DNA of 64,000 bases from contig NC_088308.1 in assembly GCF_910592395.1 (NCBI RefSeq), positions 2,108,001 to 2,172,000 of the forward strand. Reading direction: 5' to 3'. The notes beneath the pieces are model-generated. The model saw only the letters and a list, made by a program, of their open reading frames with translations. It was not told the origin of the DNA and did not search any database. The translations under genes were made by a program, and so were the position numbers. The DNA comes from Lineus longissimus. Its lineage: Eukaryota. Below, piece after piece: positions 9,852 to 24,830 of the stretch; the first letter of the stretch is position 1; each line of letters starts with the position of its first letter.

Positions 9852-12800
9852 CTGGAAAGATAAGACGGAAATGTATGGTTGAGGAAACATACGAAAACGT
9901 CATATTAACCAGAAGTTCTGATCAGTGACAGTCGTGGTCAGAAGTGATATCTGGGGTTAATGTATGACCACAATTTTACACTCCCGAGGCAAGAATAGGG
10001 TTAATATTTTTGACCAAGAAAACACTTGAGCGTCAAATGGCCAAAACGTACCAAAGTAGTATACACACAAACAGCTTTAGATTTATCTTGGTTTCTAAAT
10101 CTCAGCTTAGCTTAATCCCATCAAGAAAATCACCTTGTTCCCAATATATGCAATGGAGTGTCCTCAGCCTAGGCCTAACTGGCGAATCTCCCAATTTAAC
10201 ACCAAAATACCCTGCAGCGAATATGAGTGCTGAGCCTATGCGAGACCATTATTTCACTGTGTAGACGTTCTGAGGACTGCTTTTATAACAAAAACACAAA
10301 AGACACACAAATAGAGCCATTGTTGAAATAATCAGTCTTTAATAAGCTTATTTTTCAAATCTTGTGGAGACAAACTTCAATTTGGTATCTGTCTTCTTCT
10401 GCATGCCTCTGGGGGGCTATGCACTACTGCCCCACACCTGGTAGGCTCTAACTCCATGGCAGACCTGACACCACAGTGTGGCCATGATAGAAATATATCT
10501 TTCAATTTTCCAAACTTCGGAATAACCTAATAAACCACAAACAACGTTGATGTCTTTGACTGGTCTCAATCCAACAACAGTCCAATTTTTGTGACAAGTC
10601 TTCAACTTCATCACTCCCCACCAGAGGTCACCGCGAGGTGTTCCAGGAACGATCTGACAGTGTGTCCCGCCATTTACGCCTCATTAACATATTGGACACG
10701 CTCATTCACGAGTGTCTACAAATATGGGTCACCACTCCAAACCTCAATTTTGACGGTATGCCAAATCTCAGTTGAGTCACTCTTCGATACTTAGTCCCGC
10801 ACATTCAGGTTCGATTAAGAATATCTGCCATCCGCCCACCATCCAGGATCGCTTATGCAATTCTTTTCCATAAAGAACCAAATATAACCTTTTGATTCAT
10901 TTATTTGCAGGATTTGAAAGGGCCGAATTTGGCTAGGGTATCAGATTGAATGAGGAGTCTGGGAGAGAACAATACCACTCCAGGGTTTGGCACGGTGACA
11001 AATCTGATGAGCGACGCCCCTTATGACACCTTCGAGGGGATTTACTGGAAGATTCCGCCACTCAAAGCAACTTGTTACATTTCCCAAACAACAATCCAAG
11101 CAGATACTTCCTACAAGTTGCATTTATACCCTTATGCCCAAACCCTCAGCTTGAGCACGAGTGCTTCCCCTGATTATCCCTGTGCGAACTGACCCGGCTT
11201 CGAATTCACAAAATTTCACTTGAGGTTAAGCTTGGCTGCTATTGATTTTCAAGCGTACTCATTGGGTCTGTGATCAACAGACGGTTGTGGGCAGGTGATC
11301 AAGCCTACTACACTGTTTACTACAGAAAACCTCACTTGAAAGCCCTCCTCAATTATAAGGCAGGATTCCAACACTTTTCAAAAGCAAAATACAAGACAAC
11401 TTCAATTGTTCAATCAACAACTAATACAATATAGCCCAAACACAAAATCTGTTATTTTTTTACTGGTTTTTGTAGAAAGGTTTTGAAACGTCAATACTAC
11501 GAAACACTGACAAGAAATCAATAGATTTATTTGAGGTAGGTCATGACTAGTCATCTTCCTCATTGAGAAAAATTGAGACAAACTAGACAGGATATCTTGA
11601 ACATGCACATGGCATCCACTGGATTACCCAACCGGGCAGGAAGTTCTTTCCGAGTCTTCTACCACTGTTACTGATAGGTTTTTAGAGTCGACCAATGAGT
11701 GAACAGACAAGAAAGAAATATGAAACGGTTCATGACCATCCTCCATGTTAAATATCCAACACGCGGAAATCCCTAATGTCAGCAGAAGCCTCACGTTCCC
11801 GATAAAACTGATTGACAGGTCAGACAAAATCTCAACAGAAGCCACAAGACTTATTCCAGGACACAACATTTAATGACAGCGGTCAAAGGATGACCCTTTT
11901 TACATGTCCCTTATGGCATCACCCATTGAACCCTCAGAACCACAGACACCTTTAATATGGACGTGACAAAAATCTGAAAAGCATGACATGATTACTGTCA
12001 AATTTTGTCAAGAGAGCAAATTGAATTTTCCAGGTTTTTCTTGACCATCTAGCAATGATAAAGCCCAATGAAAATAGTGGCCGCACGAACCAGGTGGACC
12101 ATGAATGTTACCTTTGCCAAAGTGGATGGGTGACGCCTGATGTTGACCTGATCACAATCATGCACAGATGGAAAATGTTATTTTCAGACACCAAACAAAT
12201 GGTTTCGAGATTGTGTTAGAAATTTAATTTTCCACCTCTTCGAGTGGATCATATTGTTCAATCCTTGTGAGGGTTCTGTTTTGATGACAGGGGAGTGTTT
12301 CGACCCCTAACCATTGTTTTGCCACTGAAGGTTCCAGGAATGCAATCGATCTGAAATTCAGTAAGTCCTTTGCATTTTTGACATGACATTCTATCGCTCT
12401 ACATTTTTGAGGCGACATTCTATCGCTGGTTTAATTAAGAAATGTGTTGTTGTCATCACAGAAAGGTAAGAGTGGTGTCTAGTTTCAAGTTGGCAGCCAG
12501 AATGAGCCAGAAAGCTTCCCCTTCCAAAACTACCAAACCTTGCCAGAATTGGTTGCTGACATTTAAAGGGACGTTCTATAATGAACATAGCTTACATGTT
12601 TCAGTTCTCTCAGGACTCAATTAGCTTATGATCTGGTTTCAGACTCAGGCTTGGAACTGTCCGTCTTGAACTCAACATCTATCTTCCGTACCTCCTTTCA
12701 ACTATCTCTTTATCAGAGCCAGCAGCTGGAGCACCGAAAAGGCTGATAACTGATATAAAGATGGGGTCCTTTATAGATACCCGAACAATGGTAAGAATTG

Positions 12801-15800
12801 TTGAAATGGGGCAGATGATACGGCAGACTCATCATACGGCGTCTGAACAATCTAGACACAGCAGCCATTTTGGATAAGATCAGATGCTCTCGCTACATTA
12901 ACATTATGCTAATGATATTTAGCTAATTACCACTGATTGGGGGGCGATATTGTACCTAAGAGAATTTCTGAAGATAGCATCAATTTTTGCCTCTTTTCTT
13001 ATTTTGATAATGGGAGGCATTTGGTCAGCACATCTGTTGATGCGGTTTGAATCTGATGTGATATTGCAGCCAATCATGAATAGTAAGCCCGTATTTATAT
13101 CCAAAATACTGTTGAATACCAAGAAGGTAGTTTAACCAATACATCAATTTGCAAAATTGATGAAAATGGTCAATAAAGCCACCATTGCTTCCATAATCAC
13201 TCATCGGGTGTGCAACAAGCCATCAACAAAACCAATCAAACATCAATGTCACCTTTCATTGCCGCAACACAGAATGATTCAAAAACAGCAGGAGCTAATC
13301 ACCATTTCAATATTCCAATCTAAAATTGGAAAATCTATATTCTCTGAGCCATAACTGTATGAAAATGAAGCTTATTACATTAGGGATTCCGCCTACTTTG
13401 AGTTAAATTGGCAAACGGTTTGATGTAGATCACCAACCGTCATGACATTAAAAGTCCTTGGCGTGGGAAGTAAGTTAAGTGAGATTTGTTAAGGGAAGTT
13501 CAGATGGTGTGTTCAAGCCTGACTGCCATTGCTTAAGGTTGCAAGTATTTCCATTTATTGAGACCACACTTAGATCAGGAGCTGTCAACTCATACTGTGT
13601 GTAGCTGAAGCTGGGTGTCCCATACTCAGGTGAAAGTCTCTTAACCTTTGTCTTCCTCCACAGCAAATTGATAAGAGTTCCAGACAAACTCTCCCTTTAT
13701 TTCCTGACAAACAGGGAAGGTGTCACAACAAAACATTTTCACAGTTCAGTCATGTGTCAGTCAATTTGCATTCAAGCGTGAATCCACAGAGGGTGTTAAA
13801 ATAGGGACAAAGGGGGGATTGTAGGTGGTGAAGGGTTGATCATGACAAAGGACTAAACTGGAACATGGAGGATGGTTTCAACACAATTTTTGAAGAATTC
13901 ATATGTGATATGCAGAAAGAACTACCGGAGAGCTTGGCATACTTAGGTTGAATCAGGAGAGGATTCATCACATGTTATGCTCTTCAACCGTTTGGTTCAC
14001 AAATCGGTGGTGTTCTTTCTAATAATAGGGACGAAAAGATGGCAAAAGATAGGACACGCTTAGCACTATTGTTTAGTTGGTGGGTTTAAAAGATTCCAAT
14101 ATGGCACACCCAGCCAAATTGCACATCAAGGACACAGACTTCTTCATTTTTCCACGATAAGAGACCTTTACTTTGCATGCAGATTGAACCATCTGTGGAA
14201 ATGCAGTCCCAGTTCCAACGGTTCCCTGAAAAGGACTTCAGAAGTCATGTTGAGACCCTTTCACAACTTGACAGACAACTTGGTGATCATAGGCAATAAG
14301 TTGAAACAACATTGAAGAACTTGTTGTTTAGGCCCTTTTGACTTGACTCAAATGGGAGATTTACTGGACTTTCATTAGCTAAACTTTACACGTTTAATAA
14401 TTTAAGGCCAAAAGTATTTGGACAATTTTTACCCCAGTGCATTCTTGCGTATAAGTCTATAAAAGCGTATAATTAACCAAGAAAGCCATTGCAGATCTGA
14501 CATTCCTTAGTATTATCAAAACCATTTAACACTTTTGTTGGGGGAAGTTTTGTGGAAAATTTAAAAGACATATGGCCTGCCTACATTGGTCACATGGGTA
14601 CAAAACTCTTTGGCTAAAGTCATAGGAATGTCAATCTTTATTGTATTCACACAAAGTCAATTTATGTTAAATCAATAATATTCAAAATATTTCAGCCAAG
14701 CTGCTTAACAAAACAACTACTTTTTCTGATTGGGACACCCTGTATGGCACACAAGCACACATGTTACAAGCCATCAATGATCAATTAGATACCCGTGTCT
14801 TCTCCTCAATTCTTTCTTTATCATCCCTCGACAAGCTGTTTGAACAATGCAATCATATCGATTCAGTCTGGGTTATCTTTGAATATGGACAAAGAAAACA
14901 CACAACACATCTTTCTGAAGGTTAATTAGCCAAAGGATGAATGTGGAGCTGTCACAAGATGAATCCATTGCACAGTCCAAGCCAGAAGAAAGTTAACCGC
15001 TTCTTTTATGTAGCTAAAGACTGAAAGGAGGGTATGCTTCCTGCTGTGTGCATTGTACAGTACTGGTCAAAAAGACTTTTTTGCCATGCTTTACAGAAAG
15101 GCATCGGGCTATCAAAAAGTTCTTTAATCCAAACCACATGACGATGGATTGCCTCTTTCCCAATGCAAATACTTGATGACAAAACAGGTGACATAAAGTG
15201 GACACTTTCATGTATTCAAATCGATGCATGATATGGCAACACTATTTTATTCATCAACTCAATCAATTCAATACATTTTCTATTTACAGTTGGTTGTTGC
15301 AAGGATGTTTACATAAAATGTCCTTGGTTGTGAGGAATGCCAAGGTCTTTTACAAGGTAGCTACTGCTGTGGTTTTTATGGCCAAGGCAAGCCCAGGAGA
15401 TGGTGAGAGTACTCAAATCTAGACAGACTACAAGCAATGCAGCGTTGTTAGAATGAAAAGTCCTTTCCAGTCATAAACTGGACTTAGTGAAAAAAGTCCT
15501 AACCTCAAGTATTTTCACATCAGATAATCTCTTATTTTTCAACAACAACAAACATAAATACTATGAAGGCGCCAAAAAGAACTTGTTAATAGTTTTTCCA
15601 ATCTTTTACTATCTTGGCATTAATCTTTCATTCTTCAGCAAGTCAACTAGAACATGACCAAATAGTGTCCTTTGATAAGAGTAGTTTGGCCTTTGCAAAA
15701 ACTTACACAAGCAGGCAACTTTCGGTTTCAACCAACTTGGCCTACATTTGCTTTGTTTATCCAATTGATTCACTGCATTAAGATTGGTAAACATTGAGTG

Positions 15801-18800
15801 GAATGAAGAACTTCTATGTCTGGAGACGGCTAGCATGGAAAGCTAACAGCAGGTCCCCAATGAAGGCAAGGACAAAGCAACACTGAGGCTAAATGAACGA
15901 TTGCCGACCAAACAGGCCTGGTCCTGCTTCCTAAGAAAACACTGTTTGACATGTTGAAAGAATGGACATCACCTGGACAAATGTTAGTGTTTTTGTCGCT
16001 TTATTTGTCCAACTTTGATCATTCTCTGGCACACTTTGCAAGTCTTTCTATCCACACTTCTCCATGACTGTGTCCACAAAACCCAGTTAGTGTTGCGTTA
16101 GCAGGTTGTTTATAAGCACAACAAGGACAATAGGTTTGCCAGATGAACTAGCCCAATAGACTTGACCAGGTCATGTGTACATGAAGTCCAAGGCCTGTCC
16201 CTGGAAAGCTAACCTGCTGGAAGGCTAGCACGGGACAGAAGCCAGAGTTGGCTTTGATTCTGAAAAGCAGTGAGCCAATTTCCGACACAAAACAACTGGT
16301 CAGAGAATTGTAAAACTCTGATGTGTAAGGACATTTCTGGAAATCGAATACCCCATATTTTGTGCTCCTTGACTTCTCAACTGCAGGTCACATGCAATTG
16401 ATACTTCCATAACAATGACACTGTTCATGACTCCCAAAAAGGACAACCATGAACTCTACCTTCCCTGCAGTCCACTTTCCATTGAGCCACCCTTCAAAAC
16501 CAGTCCCTTCACAGCCTGGAGCAGTCCAATGTGAGGGTTCATGGGGAGTGACCCTGCAGGGTTGGTGACAATGGCAGAGACAGAAACCAATGCCAGAGAG
16601 ACTGTCAAATCTGAGAATTCCCTTCACCTTTACCTGAAGTTCACTTATTCATAAATGACTTTGAGGGCCCCCAACCCTCAACAGCCTCCGGCTATATCAT
16701 TGGGGGATTCATGAGAGATGACCTGGCAAGGGTTAAATAAAGGCAATGGCAGATATCAATGCCAGGAATATTATCACACCAAGGTCACAAAGCCGGGCTG
16801 CCTTGACACAAACGTGTCAAGTGAAATTATCAAATCCTCCACCACAGATCAGGTTGTGACCTCATGTTCTTCATGAGGAGGACTATGCACCAACATTTCA
16901 CCAAGTATTGTATTTTCAGCAAAAATTATCGTTTTTCCAATCGATATAAGATTTCAGCAGCTATTCATCAAGATTACAGCAGCTTTATCCTCAGTGGGAG
17001 ACAAAGCCATGGATTGTAGTTTATCTGCATGAAACAGGCAGCTGTAATCATCCCATTATGAGCTTTGTTCTTGAGAGAATGCAACATGCGCACCCTAATA
17101 CCCGTAGTCATCATCGTAATCAGAACCACAGTGTGTGTAGCCACATACACAGGGTATAAAGGTTTTCATTCAAGTTGGGGTGAAATGCAACACCCAAAGG
17201 AGCTTGGATGATATCAAATATAAATCCTATTTTCGACATAAAAAACCATTTGGCAGATTTTTGTGATCTATAATTGACAGGGTGCCAATTTCTCTACTGT
17301 ATAATTCGCCATTTTGAGTGGGCACCATCATGATAAAAGAGAATTGGTAATGAGCTAGGTGCAATTAATTAATTGGTTGTCTAGCCTACAAGTTAACACA
17401 AGAAGAATCGTTTGATGTTATTGTTGGTTGCTATTCTCACTAGGTTTTGAAAGTGTTGCAGTACAACTGCAAACCACCGTTATTATCCATGACATGGTAT
17501 TTAAGAGGACAAGGACAAGGACAACTAAGCCAAAACCCAATGTTACTTAACCAAAATGCAATGTATTTTATTGATGACATGGTAGAAATAACAGATAGCA
17601 AAATCCAGCCGGATGATATCAGACGAATGTTGACTTCAAAGCCGAGTATCAAAGATGCTGCTAATAGCTTTAGAGATGACCCCAGCTGCCATGGTAACAT
17701 CCCATCATCATCAAAACAACCTGTAATTCACCCAAAAATAGCCCACAATTCATAAGGAACCGCTCATTCTAGTAAAAATCACCTTTGTGTCAGGCAAACT
17801 TCAGATGACAGCCAGACAAGACCGACCATGCCAAACAGGTTGTTGGAAACTATTGAAAACCATCCATAGATCTTCTGAGAGGAACCCACTTATAGACAAC
17901 CAGCACAAGACCTCAAAACAACCTGATAGCTTGTCGGCCCACGCTTTCAAATAATCTAAAGAGATAGGAAAGTTCTTTCACTCCAATTTTTCATCTTGTC
18001 GTAAAGAAGACAAGCGTTAGCAGTATATCATTTTCATTTGTCCCCAGGATTTGTTCAGCAGGTGGCACAGTAGCCCTTGAAGTAGGCCTAGCATTCACTT
18101 TCTAAAGGCCTAATAAAAGCAAGCATAGATTATCCTCGATAAAAGTAACAGTGTCCTACTCTTTAGGTATTCACAGATTTCCTTTCATGAGATGACTTGA
18201 TATAACATGATATATAAATGACTTTATGTATAACTTCAATTAATTCAATCAACCATCTCATGGATCGCAATGATAGTTCACTAGTACCAGTGTCAAAGAA
18301 TTGGTTCCAATATCCTTTCTAAAAGGAAGTATGAAAACATGTTGTTGGTGATATCAACATGACAGTACGCATGTAGGGTAAACTCTGCTTGCTGTGTCCA
18401 TGCTCTACCTTATTAACAAATTCTATCGGTTTACTTCATAAACTTCCACACCCACTGACTATTTCTTCATTACCTAAACCTAATATCACATAATATTTAT
18501 GGTAATAACCTAGATTACTGTCATGAATCCACCATCTCTCACCCCAAACATGGGTCTTATTCTTTCATCGAACTAAGTGGCCAATTTGGTGAGGGGTCAC
18601 ACCCATCTGACCCGGTGAGTTTATCACAGAGTTATTCCCGCCACCAAAACAATGCACCAAAAAGCCCCAAAACTTGTGACAAATCACTTCAGACATAGTG
18701 CCAGGAAGTATGCACGCATATATCATGCATGATACACAATTCATAATAAGGTATACCCCGAGATCATGCTATAAGATTTCCAGAGGTCAGTGTGATACAC

Positions 18801-20509
18801 GTTATAGGTTGGTGACAATACTTTCTGGAAACATGCTGGACATGCTTTCTCGGGATTTTGAGGTGCAGGAAGTGTGGCCAGCGGCTGTCCTGGGTTGGAG
18901 TGATTGGGCTTGAGTGGGCTTGATGTCCCCCGTCTTAATCCTTACCCCTCCTATACCCCCTTCCCTCAGTATAAAGTTAGATGGTAGAGTGGAACCTCCT
19001 TTACAAGCAGGAACCTCTGTTGGTCGGCTTACAGAGCTGGTCAGTTACAAGCACATTGTCTTGACTGACATTGGAATAGAGCCAAAATGGAGAAAATTTA
19101 GGAAAACAGAATACTTTTCTCCCTGAGGTGCTATGAAATATCACCCAATACTTTCCATTGTCTTCAGAATCTCACACAAAAACTGTGATATGAAATGTCA
19201 ATTTTTCCAATATTGGACTGATAAAGAACCAAGTCAATATTTGTTATTCAAATATAGGTTAAGGCTTCTTGGTAACCATGGGACCTTGGTCACACCAAAA
19301 GTGGGGCTTTCATCGTTTATGGGGAAGCAGTGGAAACTTGGTGCTTGGCCCCTTTGATTCCAGGTTCAATTCCTGGTTGGGTCACTTCCTCATTGCGATA
19401 GAGGGTCAGTTTCTCCATTAAGTTTTGCTTACATCCCCTTAATCAACTCTAAAAGAACAAAATCTTTTGTCAATTTTTGTTCTTGCAATAATGACAAGAG
19501 GCATTTCAGTGCAAAGGAAATCCTTAACTAGAGGCTGTAATTGTCATGGGAACTGATCCACCCCCTGTCCTCCCATGAGATTATTCCATTCATCCCCAAA
19601 ATCTGGATACAAAGATTCACCTACATTCATAAATCTGTGTCAACCTAACTCTATTTGCCAGCCCACTTGTACCATCACCAAAGATACACTGGATAACCAA
19701 TGAAATCCTTTTTAACACGACATTGTCAATATTGTTTTGCGATAAATTTCCTTCCCATTGGTTCCTGTACAAGGTTTTATCAAAGGAGACTGGTCACTAG
19801 AAACCTGTCTCAATGGGTGACCCAGTATAGAATGGACCATCACCTTCATTGCAATCTCAATAGGAGAAAGGACAGTATGAATGAAGTATTGTGTGATTTG
19901 AGGACAATCTCATACAGGTGTCTGTAGCCTATTAAAAGATGGGAAAGGTGGCTGGAGGCTGCTGTCAAAACAGGTTCTTACATACTGAAGACTGAAGCAT
20001 AGTCAAACCAGAGAAAACCAAAGAACTGCGTGGTGATCCCCAAAGTAGCAACAAGAAACAATGCTTGAAATCTGCATTTTCTTACATTTATTAACCAATT
20101 ACCCTACCCGATATGATAAGACGGACGTCTTTTCACCAAAGCAACACTTGAAAACAGTTTTTGGCGCCAAGAAAACGAATACCTGATCGACCTTGTATTA
20201 TACCCAGACAGCTATTTTTAGTTCGACAAACAGGAAGACCAAAAAATGTGTTCATCTAAGTGTGACAAGGACTGAATAGTGAGGACTGTATGTTAAATAA
20301 ACCATTGGTGGAACCATGGCTACAGCATGGCGCTGATAAAGGTTCTTGATAGAGGATAAGGAATGGCTTACCATTAGTAATCATTAGGAAAAATATCAAA
20401 AACCATATCATTTCCTGAACATCTGCATTGTGAAAAATTTGTAGGCATCACCAAAGTTGTGGATGTCCACCTTTCTCAAAACTGTAAAAAGACATATAAA
20501 TCCACTTAC

Positions 20510-20644
20510 AAAGCATTCTGCAGCGTCATCCATGATTCCCAGCTGGAATCGTTGCTGGTCGACAAAACTCTCCGCGAGGGCCTTACGGAGCCGATCTGGG
20601 GGCAGCACAGTTTGATCGCTGAATTGAAACTGCGTAAAAATCAC
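20510..20644 (-). CDS. USP54: USP53/54-like, coding exon 3
   Basis: [48 protein letters not shown]| acceptor, |GTAAGT donor, 135 nt. Confidence 0.95.
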
Positions 20645-21335
20645 CTGGAAGTAGAGAAGGAATGTTTGGTGAGCAATATCCTACCCCTTTACCAAGGCCT
20701 AGGGGAGTTTATTTGGTTTGCATTAGTCATACTGAGAGAGGAAATTTGGACAGGGTGTTGGTAGGTATGGTCATTTCCTGAAATATCATGGAAATGACCA
20801 ATGTGAGATCTGACTGGACTTGAATTTTGACAAACTGAGTCATAAGACACTGAAGCTAATTACAAAATCAGAGCTCATATCAGCTCTATATTAACCAACT
20901 AATAATGATTTTGTGTGACAACATGATGAGTTTGCAATCAAATCGGTTTTTGCAGCTCAGACTCAGGATGAGCCATTGAGCCGACTTGTGGAACACCAAG
21001 CCAGGAGTGCCCTCAAAGGCATCATTCTATCAAAACCACAACTAAACAAATTGAATATACTTATCCAGATGACAAGATGAGATCAACCAAATACAATAAA
21101 ACACAAATGTGTGTTAGAAAAACATATTTTGTTGCATTGTTTAATGGTATTCATAGAACTTGAACCCATAAAATTGTGTCAGGGTATCTTCAAGTTGATC
21201 TGTTCAATGATTGTACAATTCCAATTATGTTATTCTTATACCTAGACATAACAATCGCATACATATGATAACAATCATTGATTGTATGTTTCCGTTATAT
21301 ATTTTCATAGATGGAAACAAAGGAAGTGAAGAGCA

Positions 21336-21867
21336 TTGTGTGAGAACCAACTATACATGTAAAATGGCCCAGTCTGTAAGTTTACATGAGGTAATGCTTC
21401 CAGAGCTGTTACTGTACAAGCCAGTGTCATTTTGTTGCAATAAGAATGTGACAAAAGAAAGATTAAGGTTGTGTGAGAACCAACCTTACATGTAAAGTGG
21501 CTCAGTCTGTAAGTTTACATGAGGTAATGCTTCCAGAGCTGTTACTGTACAAGCCAGTGTCATTTTGTAGCGATAAGAATGCCAGGAAAGAAAGATTAAG
21601 GTTGTGTGAGAACCAACTATACATGTAAAATGGCTCAGTCTGTAAGTTTACATGAGGTAATGCTTCCAGAGCTGTTACTGTACAAGCCAGTGTCATTTTG
21701 TAGCAATAAGAATGTGACAAAAGAAAGATTAAGGTTGTGTGAGAACCAACTATACATGTAAAATGGCTCAGTCTGTAAGTTTACATGAGGTAATGCTTCC
21801 AGAGCTGCTACTGTACAAGCCAGTGTCATTTTGTAGCAATAAGAATGTGACAAAAGAAAGATTAAGG
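21336..21867. repeat. Tandem repeat, 4 x 133 bp
   Basis: Units start at 21336, 21469, 21602 and 21735 (TTGTGTGAGAACCAAC...GATTAAGG), with few substitutions. Confidence 0.97.
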
Positions 21868-22382
21868 CACAAAGGCAGCACAGATGCCTACCCCACCTGC
21901 CTTACATCTGAAGACAATCAGAGTTGATTTAGTGAAGGATTTCATGACAATTGAAGTTCATTGGGTCTAATGATAATCCACAGGCTTATGCTTGCATGAT
22001 CTTACAGCTTAGAAGGTGAAGTACATGTAATCCGGGTGACCAGTCGCATTTGGTCAAGAATGACAAGTCAACACTAATGTCACTATGCTACATGCACCTT
22101 AGAAAATATAAACAGTGAACCCTCTTTAATTTCTCAGTTCTGAATAACATCTCATAAATTGTGACTTACATTGTAATACATCAGTAAACATGACTCATAT
22201 TCTACCAGGTGTTAATGGGTTTATTTATCTCAGTACCAATGCAAAATGGCCAAATGTACGTTATTGACAAGGATGCTCAACATATATGAATATCTGCCAA
22301 TAACTGGGCTAAACCTTCACTTTTGCAGCTGACAAGCAGACCACGTGAAAGGAATGGACGAATAATGTACGTGTTCTCTTAC

Positions 22383-22475
22383 CTTGAGTGCACAGAATAT
22401 GCACGAATGGCCAAGACAGGCGTGGCCCGATAATATTCGAAAACTTCGCCGGAATACATCCAAATGCCATAATAC
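22383..22475 (-). CDS. USP54: USP53/54-like, coding exon 2
   Basis: [31 protein letters not shown] (not in the ORF track). TAG| acceptor, |GTAAGA donor, 93 nt, phase 0-0. Confidence 0.95.
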
Positions 22476-23544
22476 CTAGAAAGAGAAATCAAAGATATGG
22501 TCAGAGCATTATACATGGATTTCAACTTTGAACCAATGTCTTCAGAAATTTGGCTCTGGATCAGAAGAGATATCCATTTCTGTAAGAAAACTGGTAATGT
22601 CAACAAGAGAAAGGGAATTACAAAAGAGACAGAATAAGACCAATATGGCTGCAATTGGCCAAAACTGGTAGAAGTGAATTGGGGAGGTTGTGTTTTTAGA
22701 CTGACATTCTAGATCCGAATCCATTCCGAGAAAGGAAAGTTTTGAGTCAAAGCTCTGGAGACATAGCCTGAATATCGATGACATGGCAAAATGTGTTATC
22801 GACGTGACAAACTCTGCAGACACAAGTAACTTGTTACCACGAGGATGTTCTTTACCTTTAGAAACAGGTAGTACAGACCGACTTCCCCTCCATGTGGATG
22901 AGAGCTCACAAATTTCTTGATCATTTCAGCAACAGAAGCGACTCAAAACAGTATCCAAATCACTGTGATAGCAAATCAAAATCTTTTTGACAAACAGGAA
23001 GAATGTATAGCGATATCCCCAACATTTTCAAAATCCCTGATGTCCCTGTTCTGGATCGCGAACTTCCCGAATGTCAGATGAAGTAAGAGTAAGCATGTCT
23101 GCAATTCGACATGATTCATAAATCCCTACATCAATGTGACACCTTTCCACTGGAGTTTTCTATCAGACAGCTACGTCAACTAATGTATAATCACTTTATC
23201 ACATCTGTGAGGCACCTCTTACTGATAATATCAACGAGTATTGATATGTCTGACTGATTTGTGTCAATATTACATCAAGGTTACCATTAAGTTAAGATTA
23301 AGGTGTCATCAAGCAGGTCAGTCGAAAAGAAAGAAACTGTGTAATGGAAACCATTAATAAGATTCAACCTCTGTAATTAATCCTTCCATGTTCATCCTTT
23401 TCCACCCAATGACCCTAATCAGCAATGCAACCCAAAGCTAGATTGATTCCTTCTGCATGTAATTACAGTCACAGACACAGCCAGTTACAAATAATGTATG
23501 ATTGTGGAGTATTTGATATCAATATTGGTGCCAGAAAACCCACT

Positions 23545-23690
23545 TGTCAGACCCATGACATCAAACCCAATGACCTTAATTAATACGACTCCTTCTACAA
23601 TATCTTGAAGGACAAGATGTCAGACCCATGACATCAAACCCAATGACCTTAATTGATACAACTCCTTCTACAATATCTTGAAGGACAAGA
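23545..23690. repeat. Tandem duplication, 2 x 73 bp
   Basis: TGTCAGACCCATGACATCAAACCC...GAAGGACAAGA at 23545 and 23618, near identical. Confidence 0.95.
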
Positions 23691-24830
23691 TAAGTATGAC
23701 AATGGAGCCTCTGCAGAATCAATATATCATCTATCACCAAGTTCAGAAATATTGATGAGAGAGACATTTGTATGACAGAAACACTCCACCATCCAGCGTC
23801 AAGTTGCTGGTGTCAAGCAGGGTAATTGAAAAATACTACTCATCAAGGTAGGTTTAGTGCAGAACTATTGATGAAATGAAAGGAGACTAGAAAGAATAGT
23901 AGATTTTGCCCTTGAATGTCAATATGAAAATCTATATCACCAGCAGTTTTGATGATATGTCCAATGTCCCCTTTGGTCACCATCAAGAGAGCACCTGGGC
24001 AGCCAGACACTGACCCAAAAGTGGTCATCCACATGAACAAGCTTCTGAATGAGTCTTGAACTAAATTTATTCAACTTCCAACTTCACACTTCACAACTTC
24101 TTCACTTTACCAAGCGTTCCAAATGTCCAACTACATTGCTTCCAAATATTTCACTTGACCTTAGGACCAAAATCCAACAACGACTTGAAATTAAAGAGCA
24201 AAACAGAATATGCGCTGTAATGTATGAATGTCAGGTGATCTGAAGGGTCCTTCTAAGCACCATACGGTTTCAGAATGAAGGACCTATTTATAAATGCTCT
24301 CAATTTTCCATTTTGAACCTGAATGGACTTTTTCAGACTTTCCCTCGGATGTTGTTGGGGAGGCTTTCTGGTGGCCATGTGGGCCGAGTGTGTGGCTGAG
24401 AGGCCCAATCTCTCCAAGTCTGGGATGATGGTAAGGCATGGTTTGCATTCAACTATGTCATGACGATTTGTGTACATTAATATGTGTCATTTCCTTTCTG
24501 CGGTGCCATACCAGTAAAAGCGGCAGCCAAAATCAATGACAGAGCTAAGCAAACATGCTTTTCTTGAACAAACTTTGTCTGCAAAGTTTTGGGACTCAAA
24601 ACAAGATTCAAGCTTGTCAGCTCATGACTTGGCATATACAATGTACTGGCCACACATCGTATGAAAATCCACAACAAAACTTTCCTAAAACCTGAAAAAT
24701 TCCCACAGTTTAACAGTTAGGATTGGCCAAGTATGTAATAACAACCTGCATTGATCAGTAAGAATCCGTGTCCTCCCAGTTCGATTGTGTATATTGCTGA
24801 GACCCGAGGGGGAGACACCACTAACATTAT

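Noticed and set aside
21336..21867. CRISPR-like array, and repeated ORFs 21502..21720 and 21635..21853
   Set aside because: Whole units repeat with no unique spacers, the context is eukaryotic, and the ORFs are by-products of the repeat.
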